Of a stretch of DNA of 64,000 bases, positions 30,920 to 44,249 are shown piece after piece. Position 1 is the first letter of the stretch; the number at the start of each line of letters is the position of its first letter. Under the pieces are notes generated by a model, which saw only the letters and a program-made list of their open reading frames with translations, ran no database searches and was not told the DNA's origin. The position numbers were made by a program, and so were the translations under genes. The stretch lies in assembly GCF_009914755.1 (NCBI RefSeq), contig NC_060926.1; one strand, given 5' to 3'. Source of the DNA: the human T2T-CHM13v2.0 reference genome, Homo sapiens.

Positions 30920-31350
30920 ATATCAGTTAGGGATTTTATGGCAAACAATAAAAATTTACTCTGGTTAACTTACAGGACAGAAAAGGCATTTGATGTAAGA
31001 TATTGGAGTAGCTTAGAGAATCGTTCAGTGTACCACTGAAATATCAGCGGCAGGAAAAGCAGAATTTGCCAAGAGCTGATATTTCTCTTATTTTGTCGTA
31101 ACTGTAGTTTTACAGTTATAACTTATCTGGGGAGATTATGATTAGCCCAGTTTGATCATATGTTCATCCTCTGGCCAGAGAGGGCGGACAAGAGTCAGAG
31201 GAACATGATCAGAGGAGAAGGTCTGCTTTATTCAAAGTCTTTCCAGGATTTCATAAAAGAGAGGAGTTTTTCATTAAAGAAAAGGGAAGCACTGTTACCA
31301 AAAGAATGGGGAAAGAATGCTGAGTATGTAAGAATAGTAAACGTCTGCTT
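30920..31350 (-). mobile_element. Old MLT1 LTR (MLT1J/K/L-like)
   Basis: atatcagttagggattttatggcaaacaat ... actctggttaactta ... ctgttaccaaaagaatggggaaagaatgctg. Confidence 0.6.
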
Positions 31351-33645
31351 GTGGCAGACATGAAGACATGCAGCTCAGCATCTCCTTCAAGAAATGGCTC
31401 ATTGCCCAGCTCTGGGAAGTGTGGGGACTGCTAACACCTCAAGGCCCACCTCAGCTTTTGAGTGCTAGTTACTCAGAAGTGGCCATGACTGACAGTGGCA
31501 AGGGAGAATCTTCCCAAAGGGAAAAGCTTTAGGCACTACACCTGGGCATGCTCTGTGTGGAAAGGAAAGTGGTTCAGGATTAGAATATATAGACTCACAT
31601 AAAGTTGCAAATAACCTGGCTGGTTTGTCAGGGCTCTAGAATAGAATCATTGGAAGATCAAAGACAAAAAGGTCTAAGGTAGAGACAAAAGGATGAACAT
31701 ATAAGAGTAGAGACAATGTGTGAAGATCACTGCATCACATATTAGTACCCAGCAGAGAACACACTGCAGAGACACTGCCAACCAAGTACAATAAATGGGT
31801 CAGCCAGTTGAAGTCAGCAGCCATCCCAGTGCTTGCTCAATGACTCACTAATGCAGTGGCCATGAAGTCAGAGATGGAGGCTATGCAACAGCCCAAAAGC
31901 AGAGATTCCCACAAACCAGGGCCTAAATAACTACAGCTATTTCTGAGCGTCCAACCTGCCAGCAACAGAGACAATTTGTCCCCCATATTACTACTATTCA
32001 AGGAGACTAGAAAGCCATTTGGTGGCATTTATGTATTCTTATAGGAACACTTTTTGTTCTTATAGATACTTACTGCAGATATTGGTTTGCGTTTCCTCCC
32101 TGCGGAGCCTCAGTTAGCACCACCATCCAGAGGCTCCCAGAGTGCCTAATATGTACTCATACAGTCCCATCTAACGCAGCTTCTGACCAGGAGAGTCACT
32201 TACAGCAAAGGATGAGCAGTAGTCCCATGACCAAGAGATCCACTGGTTGTCTCATACACACCAATCAGTGGAAGCTGCCTGACGGAGGGATGGAATGGTC
32301 TGTTGAATGTGCAAATGAAGTACTAGTTGGGAATTAGTACACCAGGAATTAGAGACCTCTCTATGGCATTGTATCTCCAATAGGAAAAATACATATATCT
32401 TCATAGGGGATACACAGGGAATCAAGAGGTTGAATCAGGAGTGGCTCATGTACTAGCATTTTTAATGACTTACTGGGAAGTTGTGTGCTTCTCATTCCTA
32501 CAATTCCTGGCTTTTCAAGTTTAGAGGTCGTGATACCCAAAAGGGGTACACTGTTGCCAGTAGACACAACAATTCTACTAAACTAAAAGATATGGCCATC
32601 ACCTGGCACTTTAGATACCCATGTCTAAGGAACAGAAGGCCATAAAAGGAGGCATCATCTTATCAGACCACTGAACAGGATTAGTAAAAGAAGATAGAGC
32701 AGTTCTTATGTAATAGGGGCAGTAGAAATAAGTGTGGAATAGAGGGTATCCACTGAGTACTTCTGGGTACTATTTTGACCAATTGTGTTAGGTTGGTGCA
32801 AACTAATTGCAGTTTTTGCCATTACTTTAATGGGAAAAATTAAATAAATGGCATAAATAAAAATTAATGGCATTCATTAAAGTAATGGCAAAAACCGCAA
32901 TTTCTTTTGCTCCAACCTAATAACAATGAAAGAGTAAGGGCAGGAAACTAGGCTGAGAAGAATAGGTTTACCAAGAACTCAGATCCCTCAAGAATGAGGG
33001 TTCTGAACACAGCATAAGGTAGTCTACCCACCAATATAAGTAGATGTAATACCTAAGGGAAATGGGAGTTTGAATGGTTAGAGGAGGAAAGAGATGGGCA
33101 AAGTACAGTTGCAGCCCTGAAATGAGAAGTTAAAAGGAGAATGCAATTTTAGCCACTACTTTTTTTTTCCTAAATTTCCTCCCAGGAGTAGCTATTCCCC
33201 AAATGAATATGGATGAAGTGAATCTGCAGGCCACAGGGATGGATAAGACAGACACACAGAGAGAGAACTCAAGTGCTCCTTCAAGTAAGGACCTGCTTTT
33301 CCCAACTATGAAGAGTGTAGTCAACTGGCAGCTTCCTGCTGTTAACTTTAGGTGTGCTTTACCTTCTGAGCTGAGGTCATGTGCTCCTGCTGGTGGTCTT
33401 AGTCAATGACTGGGCAAGACCATGACACAGAGTCTAGCAATGTCTGCTCACTGCAGAACTACTGTGATATTGGCCCTAGCCCCCGCTGGACTCGACACGA
33501 TTTTGTTATGTTTGCATCACAGGCTCTCAACACAGCATGCCCAATCCTGTCCATCCCATTTGCTTTCACAGATGTGATCCCACATAAGCTTTCACCCTCC
33601 TAATTCCATCTTACTGTCATTTTCTGTAGGAGCCAACCACCATAC
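31351..33645 (+). mobile_element. Deleted ERVL-class provirus (LTR16/HERV16-type): partial 5' LTR, RNase H-integrase relic, 3' LTR
   Basis: RNase H-like ANNLAGLSG and WKIKDKKV*GR (about 31605-31685); integrase zinc-finger relic SERPTCQQQR (about 31942-31971); 31351-31500 resembles 33245-33420; LTR16-like end near 33645. Confidence 0.78.
32788..32920. mobile_element. MADE1 (Hsmar1-derived MITE), elongated variant
   Basis: ttaggttggtgcaaactaattgcagtttttgccatt ... aatggcaaaaaccgcaatttcttttgctccaacctaa followed by TA. Confidence 0.95.
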
Positions 33646-33789
33646 TACTAAAAATATATACATTTTTTAATTTTCCAGAGGGAGTTAATGATTCAGAATA
33701 AGATAATTTTGACTCTTAGGAAACTGTTCTTCCTGTTGCAATGTCACATACCTCATGCCTTTGTTTAGTTTGGAAAAAAATGTAACATT

Positions 33790-33842
33790 TCTCTAAAATA
33801 CATCTAAAATATAATCTCTAAAATACATTCTCTAAAATACTC
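33790..33842. repeat. Imperfect tandem repeat of (tc)tctaaaata(c/t)a
   Basis: Four consecutive tctaaaata units. Confidence 0.85.
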
Positions 33843-34149
33843 CATACATCTTTTAGAATTTAGGATGACTCGGTCTGTATCAGCATGGAAGCATTATGTT
33901 CTTTTCAGTTGTCCAGATTATCATCTTTACAAAATCTAGCTACCCAATAAGAATACAAAAAGTTCAGGTATGCCAAGCAAAATGGGCGGCAGTGTCAATG
34001 CCCAAACATGTTCTCTTATTTTCTTTTCTCTAACCTTTAAAATAACTTCTTGAGAACATTTAAAATATTTTTTTACATTCAAGCATGAGTTTTAATTATG
34101 GTTGATTCTGGGTTACCTCAGATGCTAAAAAAAAAAAAAATGTTTTTTA

Positions 34150-34320
34150 GTGGAAAGAACTCAAGTTAAAAACTTCTGACTAAAAGTCAGAACCAGCAAA
34201 GTTAAATCCTGAGTTTTATCTCCTTATCCAGCAAGTGACATTGAGAAAGATACTTAATCTTTTTGTTCCTTTAGTTTCTAATGTGTAAAATACAATAATT
34301 ATGATACCTACCTCAAGCTT
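34150..34320 (+). mobile_element. MIR fragment
   Basis: gtgacattgagaaagatacttaatctttttgttcctttagtttctaatgtgtaaaatacaataattatgatacctacctca. Confidence 0.7.
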
Positions 34321-34938
34321 TTTCTCCAAGGCCTGATAAGATAACCAGGGTTTCTGGAACACAGAACTCAATCAAGAACTAATAGTTTTCTGAAATTACA
34401 GTAGGCAAGTAGGGGCCAACATCTGGAAAAGGAAAGATGCAGTGAACTTTCACACCTAGTATGAGCCAGGCATGTGGTTATTTGCATTGTGTGTTTGACA
34501 ACATTTTTTTCAATGTACATAATAACCTTGTGAGTTGACTATAAATATCCTTACTTTATGGCTAGAAAATATAGGTCTCTGAAAGGTGAAATAATTTGCC
34601 CAATGTGATATGCTACTCAGGTAGTGAGGATAGTAAAGTTTTCGAATTAGCAACAAAGTCATTAATAATAATTAGATGCCAAAAGTGAATAAGAATGCTA
34701 ATGCTAGATTGAGGTATGCTTTCTCATCTCTGCTCTACCCTTACATATATGGTGAACACATACATTCACTGTGTGTTTTTATAAGAGGTAGAGATGGAGC
34801 TTGCTTTTAAAGGACAACATGCTTGTGGGTATAAAGTTAATCAATGAAAGCATTTATTACTACAAAATTGTATTGCTTTTAAAGATATATCAAAAAATAA
34901 AAATAAGTTGGAAATATTAATGCATTAGAGATTTTGTG

Positions 34939-36564
34939 GGTTTGCTGCACCCATCAACCCATCACCTACATTAGGTATTTCTCCTCATGCTAATCCTCCC
35001 CTAGCCCCCCATCCTCTGACAGGCCCTGGTGTGTGATGTTCCCCTCCCTGTGTCCATGTGTTCTCATTGTTCATCTCCCACTTATGAGTGAGAACATGTG
35101 GTGATTGGTTTTCTGTTGTTGTGTTAGTTTGCTGAGAATGATGGTTTCCAGCTTCATCTATGTTCCAGCAAAGGACATGAACTCATCTTTTTATGGCTGC
35201 ATAGTATTCCATGGTGTATATGCGTGACATTTTCTTTATCCAGTCTATCATTGATGGGCATTTGAGTTGGTTTCAAATCTTTGCTATTGTGAACAGTGCT
35301 GCAATAAACATACGTGTGGAGTTGGTATCTCATTGTGGTTTTGGTTTGCATTTCTCTAATGACCAGTGATGATGAGCTTTTTTTCATATGTTTTTTGGCC
35401 ACATAAATGTATTATTTGAAAATTTTCTGTTCATATCCTTCACCCACTTTTTGATGGGGTTGTTTTTTTCTTGTAAATTTGTTTAAGTTCTTTGTAGATT
35501 CTGGATATTAGCCCTTTGTGAGATTGATAGATTGCAAAAATTTTCTCCCATTCTGTAGGTTGCCTATTCACTCTGATGATAGCTTATTTTGCTGTGCAGA
35601 AGATCTTTAGTTTAGGTCCCATTTGTCAATTTTGGCTTTTGTTGCCATTGCTTTTAGTGTTTTAGTCATGAAATCTTTGCCCATGCCTATATCCTGAATG
35701 GTATTGCCTAGGTTTTCTTCTAGAATTTTTATGATTTTAGGTCTTATGTTTAAGTCTTTAATCCATCTTGAATTAATTTTTGTGTAAGGTATAAGGAAGG
35801 GGTCCAGTTTCGGTTTTCTGCATATGGCTAGCCAGTTTTCCCAACACCATTTATTAAATCGGGAGTCCTTTCCCCATTGCTTGTTTTTGTCAGGTTTGTC
35901 AAAGATCAGATGGTTGTAGATGCGTGACATTGTTTCTGAGGCCTCTGTTCTGTTCCATTGATCTATATATCTGTTTTGGTACCGGTATCATGCTGTTTTG
36001 GTTACTGTAGCATTGTCGTATAATTTGAAGTCAGGTAGCGTCATGCCTCCAGCTTTGTTCTTTTTGCTTAGGATTATCTTGGCTATATGGGCTCTTTTTT
36101 CATTCCATATGAAATTTAGAGTAGTTTTTTCTAATTATATGAAGAAAGTCAATGGTAGCTTGATGGGGATAGCATTGAATATCTAAATTACTTGGGGCAG
36201 TTTGGCCATTTTCACGATATTGATTCTTCTTATCCACGAGCATGGAATGTTTTTCCATTTGTTTGTGTCCTCTCTGATTTCCTTGAGCAGTAGTTTGTAG
36301 TTCTCCTTAAGAGTTCCCTCACATCCCTTGTAAATTGTATTACTAGGTATTTTATTCTCTTTGCAGCAATTGTGAATGGGAGTTCACTCATGATTTGGCT
36401 TTCTGTTTATCTATTATTGGCATATAGGAATGTTTGTGTTTTTTGTACATTGATTTTGTATCCTGAGGCTTTGCTGAAGTTGCTTATCAGCTTAAGGAGA
36501 TTTTGGGTTGAGACAATGGGGTTTTCTAAATATACAATCATGCCATCTGCAAACAGAGACAATT
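34939..36564 (-). mobile_element. LINE-1 fragment (about L1PA7-8), lacking poly(A), with an internal deletion
   Basis: ORFs 35607..35930 and 35154..35402 are ORF2 pieces; colinear with the L1 at 52623-56491. Confidence 0.95.
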
Positions 36565-37014
36565 AAAAGTGGTTGATGAATGGACACTTACCTCCACAAT
36601 GAAATACTAACAGTTCTCAAAATGTGCCAAACTCAGTCATGTCTCCTCCTCTGCATATGGCTCACATCTGTGATTTCTTAGAAAAAACTTTTCTCCCTGA
36701 TTTGCTTGACCAAGACTTATTCATGCTTCAATGCAAGCATCAACTTCTCATAGGTTTTTTGGAATATTATCCCACCCCACTTCCCAAACCATGATAAAAT
36801 CAAATTACCTGGGCCCAATGTCTTTTTCAAAGCATACTTTTATGATAACATTTAATAATGAATGTACAATTTAATGAACAATATTGTTCGAGGGCAGGAA
36901 GTAGATGTGTATTAAATGTGTTTGAGGATGTTGGGAGAAGGAGCTATTACAGCTATAACTGGCTCAGACTGGCTGGCTGGACTATCAGATTCAATGACCT
37001 TGACCAACATTCTG

Positions 37015-37385
37015 TTGTAAACACTGTGAGTGCTCCACTCAGATCTCTTATATCCGTTTTTCTTTTCTTTGTCACCCTCCCCACCATTTGCTATGCTTGT
37101 GTTTCTAAAGACCTGTGCCGCCTCCCAGAGAGAGTGGGGAACAAGGCCTGGAACGTCACGTCCTCCTCCTCTTTCTTTGGTATGGCCTTTCTCAGAGACA
37201 GGCTGAAACCTGGAGTGGACTATAAGAGCCCAGCTCCCACTTTTAATGAGGACAAGGTCTTAGAAGTTCAGGCTGAAGCCAAGACTTTCCTCTGAAATCA
37301 CCGTGTTGCCTGCTCTTCTCCTTCCTTGTCCTCCTCATGCAGTCTTGTTACTGTTTTCTCGTAACTGTATTTTCATGATGAATTT
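37015..37385 (+). mobile_element. LTR16A-like fragment
   Basis: tgtaaacactgtgagtgctccactcagatc ... ggactataagagcccagctccc ... ggctgaagccaagactttcctctgaaatcac. Confidence 0.6.
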
Positions 37386-37389
37386 ATCT

Positions 37390-38660
37390 TTATCCTATCT
37401 TCTCATTTTATTGTAGTTTGACAGTACATCCTATTCTAGGTTGAAAACATTTTCCTCTCACAATTCTGAAGGTATCTTTTCATTGTCTTTCTGTATTCAT
37501 TGTTGTTAAGAAAAAGTCTGAGCTCATTCAATTTTTCATATCTTCATAAATGACTGTTTTTCTTTTTTGAGAATTTTAGGGCATTTATCCTTAGCATTCT
37601 GCAATTTAAAATTGATACATAGAACTTTTTTATTTTTATGCATCTTGCCTTTAATTTGACCATGGATTCCTTCAGATATCATAAATTTTCATAAATTAAT
37701 TATTGAATAAATTTTTCCCCATCATTTTTTTTCTAAGTCTCTCTTTCTGAAACTTCTGTATGGTGGGTCCTCTTTGTTTCTCATTTCTTTCTTCATTTTC
37801 TTGTCATCTTTTGTTATATCCACTGAGACATTTCTTTACCTTACTCTCCTGTATAGTTTATCATTTGTTTTATTTTGAAAATGGTATTTTAATATAAGGG
37901 TTCATAACTTTTCTGTTTCATAATATCCTGTTCTTGTCTGTACATAAAAAGTATACATTTTCCTGCACCTATTTTTAAAGTTATTTTTCTTTTCTTTTGT
38001 TTAATTATCAGCGTTTTTCATGTTGCAGGGTTTCTTCAAAATTCTATGGATCCTTCATTTTGGATTTATATTTATGTCTAGAGCAACAGAAGGGCCAATT
38101 TGCTCACAGTTTGTAGACAGGCTATTGACAGGGAGGCTCCGTGTCATTGTGCTCCAGAGTGGAGCTGGCGGCTGTGCTGCGGGGAGCCCTTAATGTCAGA
38201 TTAGGGAGGGCTCTCCTCAGCAGGGCCTCTACACAGACATTAAATACAGGAGAACATTTTGTCTAGCCCTAGATTCGTGACCACAAAAGCTTTGTGGGTT
38301 ACATGAATTGAACTACTCCCATGGATATGTATTTATTTACGCCTACAATTTAAGTTTGGATGCTCACTCTGGCCCACACTGTAGCTAAGATTTCTGAATG
38401 TAAAGTGTCTCTGAAGCTCTGCTGGCAGCTGGGCATCCTCTGTGACTATTGCCTCAGGATGCATGCCCAAGGCTGGGGCTGAATCTTTCAATAGTACTTC
38501 TGACCCTTTCCATCTTCCAATAATTGTCGAAATTTTTGTCCATGGACCATTCTCTTCTATGCTCTGTTAAGGGTTAACGCCATTTTATACTTTCCATTTT
38601 TATCTTTTTATGGAATACTGGAAAGGAGAAGCAATGATGTAGTGTTTCTATCTGCCTTCT
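37390..38660 (-). mobile_element. Very old L1M/HAL1-type fragment (ORF1 and 5' region)
   Basis: attctaggttgaaaacattttcctctcacaattctgaagg ... aagtctga in a T-rich antisense L1 context. Confidence 0.55.
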
Positions 38661-38768
38661 TTACTTTTAGAAATTTACAACTTCTACCATTACTGTTATT
38701 ACTACTATTGATTCTAGTTATGGTACTATTATTAGCACGTAAGTGGACCTAATGTTGGTTTATAGTAT

Positions 38769-39114
38769 TGTTTTAGCCAGATCAGGCTGCAATAACAAAA
38801 TACCATGAACTGGGTGGCTTATAAACAACAGACATTTATTTCTCATAACTCTGCAGGCTACGAACTCCAGGATCAAAGTCCCAGCAAGTCTGGTGTCTGG
38901 CTGGCTTCTTGGCTTGTAGATGACTATCTTCTTTTTCTGCCCTCACATGGCCAAGAGAAGCACACTGTTTTGTAAGGGCACTAACCCCATTCATGAGAAC
39001 TTCACCATTATGACCTGATCACCTCTCAAAAGCCCCACCTCCCAATACCATTACATTAAAGGTGGGGTTTCAACATATCAGTATTGGGGGAACACAAATT
39101 TTCAGTCTGTGAAA
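38769..39114 (-). mobile_element. MLT1A0-like solo LTR inserted in a MIR relic
   Basis: ggctgcaataacaaaataccatgaactgggtggcttataaacaacaga ... gggggaacacaaa; flanked by agtat on both sides. Confidence 0.88.
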
Positions 39115-39863
39115 AGTATTTTGTGGCAAGGCCTTGTGTATTTTCTCATTTTTTTATCACCTGACCTTAATAACGTATTACTATCTCCAGTAAACATAAA
39201 AGGAAATAAGAGATTCAGAGAGGTACTGACAGAGCTCGAATTTATAATTAATTCTCTCTGACTATAAAGGCCATGCCCATTCTATTATGTAAAGCTAAGG
39301 TTATTCTGTGCTTCACAGCAGGTAATGTTTATAGTTTATTTTAATGGTTTGCAAATTTGTGGCCTATTAAATGACATCATTTGCAAAACAATGAAGAGAT
39401 TATTTGATCTAGATATTTTCCTGAAGTTTATTTTGTTTTCTGCATGGTGATGTTGTCTTTTTATGTTTTTACTTGCATTGCATTTACAGCAAATGCTAAC
39501 AAACTGGAAATATATTACCTGTAGGAATCTTGCACATTTGAAATGTATGGTAAAATGTAAGCTGGAACTACATTTAACTACCCTGTAGGTTCTGATTACT
39601 GATAAACAGAATTCTGTAAGGCATCAGACACAATGTCTTAAGATAACTTTATATATTAATATATTTTTTCCTTGTGTAGTAAATATGGTCAGAACATCCA
39701 CTGATAGGCATTTTGGCAAGATTTATTTTGAAAGTATTTTTTGAATTTGTTTTCTAAAACCTTGGCATTTATAATATCTAAATAGCTGATTATAGCAATG
39801 TACTTATTTTAGGTTAGGCTTTCTTAAACTGACTCATTGAACAGTCTTGTCTATACATGTGTA

Positions 39864-40398
39864 CACTAATCCACCCTTATCCATGGAGGATACTTTCCAA
39901 GACCCCCAGTGAATGCCTGAAACTGTTGATGGTACTGAACCCAATATATGCTATATTTTTCCTCTGTATACATACCTATGATAAAGTTCAATTTATAAAT
40001 TATGCACAATAAGAGATTGAAAAATTAACAAATAAAATGGAACAATTATAACAATATGCCAGGATCACTACTTTTGGGCTTTGGGGCCATTATTAAGTCA
40101 AATAAGGGTTAATCAAACACAAGTACTGCAATAAAAGGACTGTTAATCTGATAACCCAGATAGCTACAAAATGATTATCAGGTATATAGAATACAGCCTG
40201 GATATGTTTTACAAAGGGATGACTTGTGTCCCAGGTGAAATGAGGAAATAATATGACATTGAATCCAACTACTCAGAATGATGCACAATGTATGAGTTGT
40301 TTATTTCTGGAATTGTTCATTTAATATTTTTGGACTGTGGTTGACCTCAGGGTAACTGAAACCATGGAAAGCAAAACCACAAATTAGAAGGAACAATG
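39864..40398 (+). mobile_element. MER44B-like (Tigger7-derived) DNA element
   Basis: cccttatccatggaggatactttccaagacccccagtgaatgcctgaaac ... gggtaactgaaaccatggaaagcaaaaccac; preceded by TA; right TIR hit by an Alu. Confidence 0.88.
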
Positions 40399-40685
40399 GG
40401 CCAGGTACGGTTGCCCACACTTTGGGAGCCTGAGGCGGGTGGATCACCTGAGGTCAGGAGTTCGAGACAAGCCTGGCCAATATGGTGAAACCCTGTCTCT
40501 AATAAAAATACAAAAATTAGCCAGGCGTGGTGGTGGGCACCTGTAATACCAGCTACTTGGGAGTTGAGGCAGGAGAATCGCTTCAACCCAGCAGAAGGAG
40601 GTTGCAGTGAGCTGAGATTGCACCACTGCATTCCAGCCTGGGTGACAAGAGCAAAACTCCATCTCAAAAAAAAAAAAAAAAAAAA
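40399..40685 (+). mobile_element. AluS (Sq-like) with small internal deletions
   Basis: ggatcacctgaggtcaggagttcgagac ... gacaagagcaaaactcc plus poly(A). Confidence 0.95.
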
Positions 40686-40774
40686 GAAGTAATTGTACTT
40701 ATAAGCATTGAGTTTCAAAGCAGGTATTTTATATCCTTCTTTTGATGATATAGATTAATGACAAAGAAAAATAA

Positions 40775-41129
<355 letters not shown>

Positions 41130-41964
41130 CCTAATTTTCTTTTCAATTCCTTAGTTGTGACCTTGTGAAGGTTCTTAATCTCTATGCACTTTCATATTCC
41201 TCATTTTCAAAATAAGAGAATTGAAATAGATCAATAAACAGTTTAATTTTTTCAAAATATACCCCTTTTGTTAAGAATACTATGCAGAAGTCTAACATTT
41301 AAAATATTAGATAACAGCAGAACTCCTCTGATTGAAGCAAGATGGAAGCAGGTGTGAGGAAGAGACAGGAGTCCAGCTTTTTTCCTTCAACTCACTGCAC
41401 ATGGCAGCTTCAGAGGACCCTCTGCTAAACTTTAGAGGACTAAGAACTACTCACAAATGTAATGTATAAGTATGCTTCAGTCTCTAAATTTTGCAACATG
41501 TTGAACACAGAGTGATGAGTTTTGAAGAAAGAGGAAAATAAGAAAAACCACCGATGGAAATAGAAAAGTATCAAAGTGATTGTTCATACCTCTATTCCAC
41601 TGGTTTTTGTTGTTGTTGTTCTTGTTTTTTTTTCTTTCTGGAGCTATCTGTAACTAAATCTTTCTGCAACTGTCGTTATTTAGGGCTATCTGTACAAGAC
41701 TTTCTAGGACTAAATTATTGCATTTTTCCCATAATGACATGGATTTCCTACCTCTTTTGCTTGTTCCTAGATCAATTTTGAACTCAGCAATATTATCTGA
41801 ATCATGAAACATAATCAGGTGAATGAATCCTAGATGCCTGATAGAGACACACTTATTGTTGAAGTGAAGTGATGAAGATTGTATTGTAACAATTACAAAG
41901 CTGAACTCGACTATTTTTCTGGTACCTGTGTCCTGGGCTATAGTTGTAGGTTAAGATAGGAATC

Positions 41965-42026
41965 TGTCAATTGTAGACACTTATCTGTCAATTGTAGACA
42001 CAAAAAATATTGTCAATTGTAGACAC
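41965..42026. repeat. Three perfect copies of tgtcaattgtagacac
   Basis: Copies at 41965-41980, 41986-42001 and 42011-42026. Confidence 0.97.
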
Positions 42027-43567
42027 TAAAAATATTAAGCAATAAATTTTAAAATGTAGAAATTATTTTTAAAGTTTCCTTATATGAAAATCTTCTAAGT
42101 TCACATGAGACATTTTGTAAAACAGTGTTCAGTTTTGAAAAGTTGTATTTCACTGAGCACGAAAATACACATTTCAGTGTGATAGGGTAGTATGCTGAGT
42201 TGAGTCTTTTTGGGATCAAAGATCAAAGGCACAAATCTGTTAAACGAAAAATTCAATAAAGGCTCAGTATGAATCCGAATATATCTCGATATACTTCATA
42301 AGTTCTTAGTACTTGTGGGATGTAAGAATTTTTCCAGTCGCTCAAAAATTCATGTTGCAGAAGGCAATTTTATCCAAATCATAAATCCCTACATCAACGT
42401 TTTAGAGTTCCCAATTATCTAAATATTCATTCCTCCAGAGATAATAACATGCAGTTGGTAAATGTTCAAGAGAATTCAATTTTAAAAGTTGCATCTTGGA
42501 GGTGACAAAATACTACATGTAACATCTAATATCAATCATACCTTGATGCCAAAACAATGATGATTCAGAGCATTATGCACACTCAAGGATGAGCATCTCA
42601 AATCACACACCATAAAATGTATCATTAAGGTTTGTGTTTGTCATAGGAATGTCAGCCATTCTCTAGGTCTATATTGTCATAATAAGCTTGCCAACAGCCA
42701 TGAAATGAAACAAAATCTAAGGGAAGAAATAAGATTTTCTATGATTGTATTTTGTTATAAATTGCACACTAGGAATGAGAGGTTATTTTTTCCCTTAGTC
42801 TCTAGGGTGTTTTCTGAAAACGCAAATAAAATGTCAAGCTTTCTGCTCTCCTCTGGTATTTTACACCACTATTCTCCGCTACTAAAACAGAGGCATCCCT
42901 ACAGCCAATGACAACACTTGTGCCTATTGTTTTCACTTCCAGATGTCGGTTGTTAGAATGGTGATAAGGAATCCAAGCTAGGTTTCTTCTAAGAACAGCA
43001 TAGGAGGAAATTCAGTCTCATCCTTCTTGTCAACAGCTCCTATCTCTTGAAGGGAGAGGGGAGCACATTTTCAGCAAGAGATCCTCTTCATTTCACTATG
43101 GGTCTCAAGAGTTCCTGGAGAGACGAAATAAGTGTTTCCAGGAAAAATACTGAGGAGCCTGCCCCAGTTCCTAGGAACCATGAAAAACACTATATTGACA
43201 ATTTTCTGATTTGGGGCATTTGTATCAACTTAATTTATAGTTATTGGTTGTTATGTACTGCAAATTTTGTTCTACATCTTTTCATTGGAGTCACTATCTT
43301 GTTCAGACACCTTAACCTGAATCTGTTTTTTCCTGCTTTGTTAAGTGCTGTAAGCATTCAGAAGAGGAAAGGATTGCTTCCAGAAGGAAGAAACCTTATC
43401 TTTTCAAAAGAAGGCACAAAATCTCCTATTGTGTACCTCTCTGGCTAGTCAGTGAGGGTGCAAATAAAAATAAGACATAACTTTTCTTCTGTAAGTGCTC
43501 AATTTGTGGTTGGAATCAAGGAAGATTTAAGGATGAAAGGGCATTCGAGCTGAATCTAAGAAGATGC

Positions 43568-43945
43568 TGTAATAGTTTCCTCGGGCTTCTGTAACAAAGT
43601 ACCACAGTATTGGAGGCTTAAAACAACAGAAATGTATTTTCTCACAGTTTAGGCTAAAAGTCTGGAATAAAGGCATTGGCAAGGTTGAATTCTTCCTGGG
43701 GGCTCGGAGGGAGAATCTGCCCTGTGCCTCTTTTCTAGCTTCCGGTGGTTGCTGCATTCCTTGGTGTACCTTAGCTTTGGGCAGGATAACTCCAATTTCT
43801 GTTTCCACCTGTGTTTCTGTCTTACATCCCTTCTCCTGTTCTTATAACACCAGTCATATTTGATTAATGACTGACCCTATTTCCATATAAGAACATATCT
43901 AAGGTTTAGCGAATGACTCTTGGGAGACACAGCTCCACCCAGTTT
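43568..43945 (-). mobile_element. MLT1C-like solo LTR
   Basis: tgtaatagtttcctcgggcttctgtaacaaagtaccacag ... gagggagaatctgccctgtgcctcttttctagcttccggtggttgctg. Confidence 0.82.
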
Positions 43946-44249
43946 TGACGGACACGATTTATATAACTGGAAATATAAGGGTTTTTATATCATTCTTTTT
44001 TCAACAAGTATTTGAATACCGCCCTTATTCCACTTAAAATGAAAAAGTATGAAAGTAAATCACATAGATATGGTCACTATAGTCAATGAAAAGGGAAAGA
44101 TGGAAAGAAATGTATTTCACTCCTAGTTATCTGTGGTGAACACTTTTCGAAGACATGTTTTGCCACAGCTAGGTTAAAGCCTTTGTACATCACGTTGAGA
44201 CACCTGGAATTTTGCCTTCCTAACACAGAGCTGGAAGAAAAATGTTAGC

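Noticed and set aside
36858-37295. 145-aa ORF as a novel gene
   Set aside because: Mostly overlaps an LTR16-like relic; no recognisable domain or splice structure
41965-42026. CRISPR-like array (also 29650-29721)
   Set aside because: Only three units, spacers of 2-14 nt that partly copy the flanks, no cas genes, and a primate genomic context
43047-43448. 133-aa ORF in apparently unique DNA
   Set aside because: Starts at TTG, no recognisable motif; length compatible with chance in 64 kb
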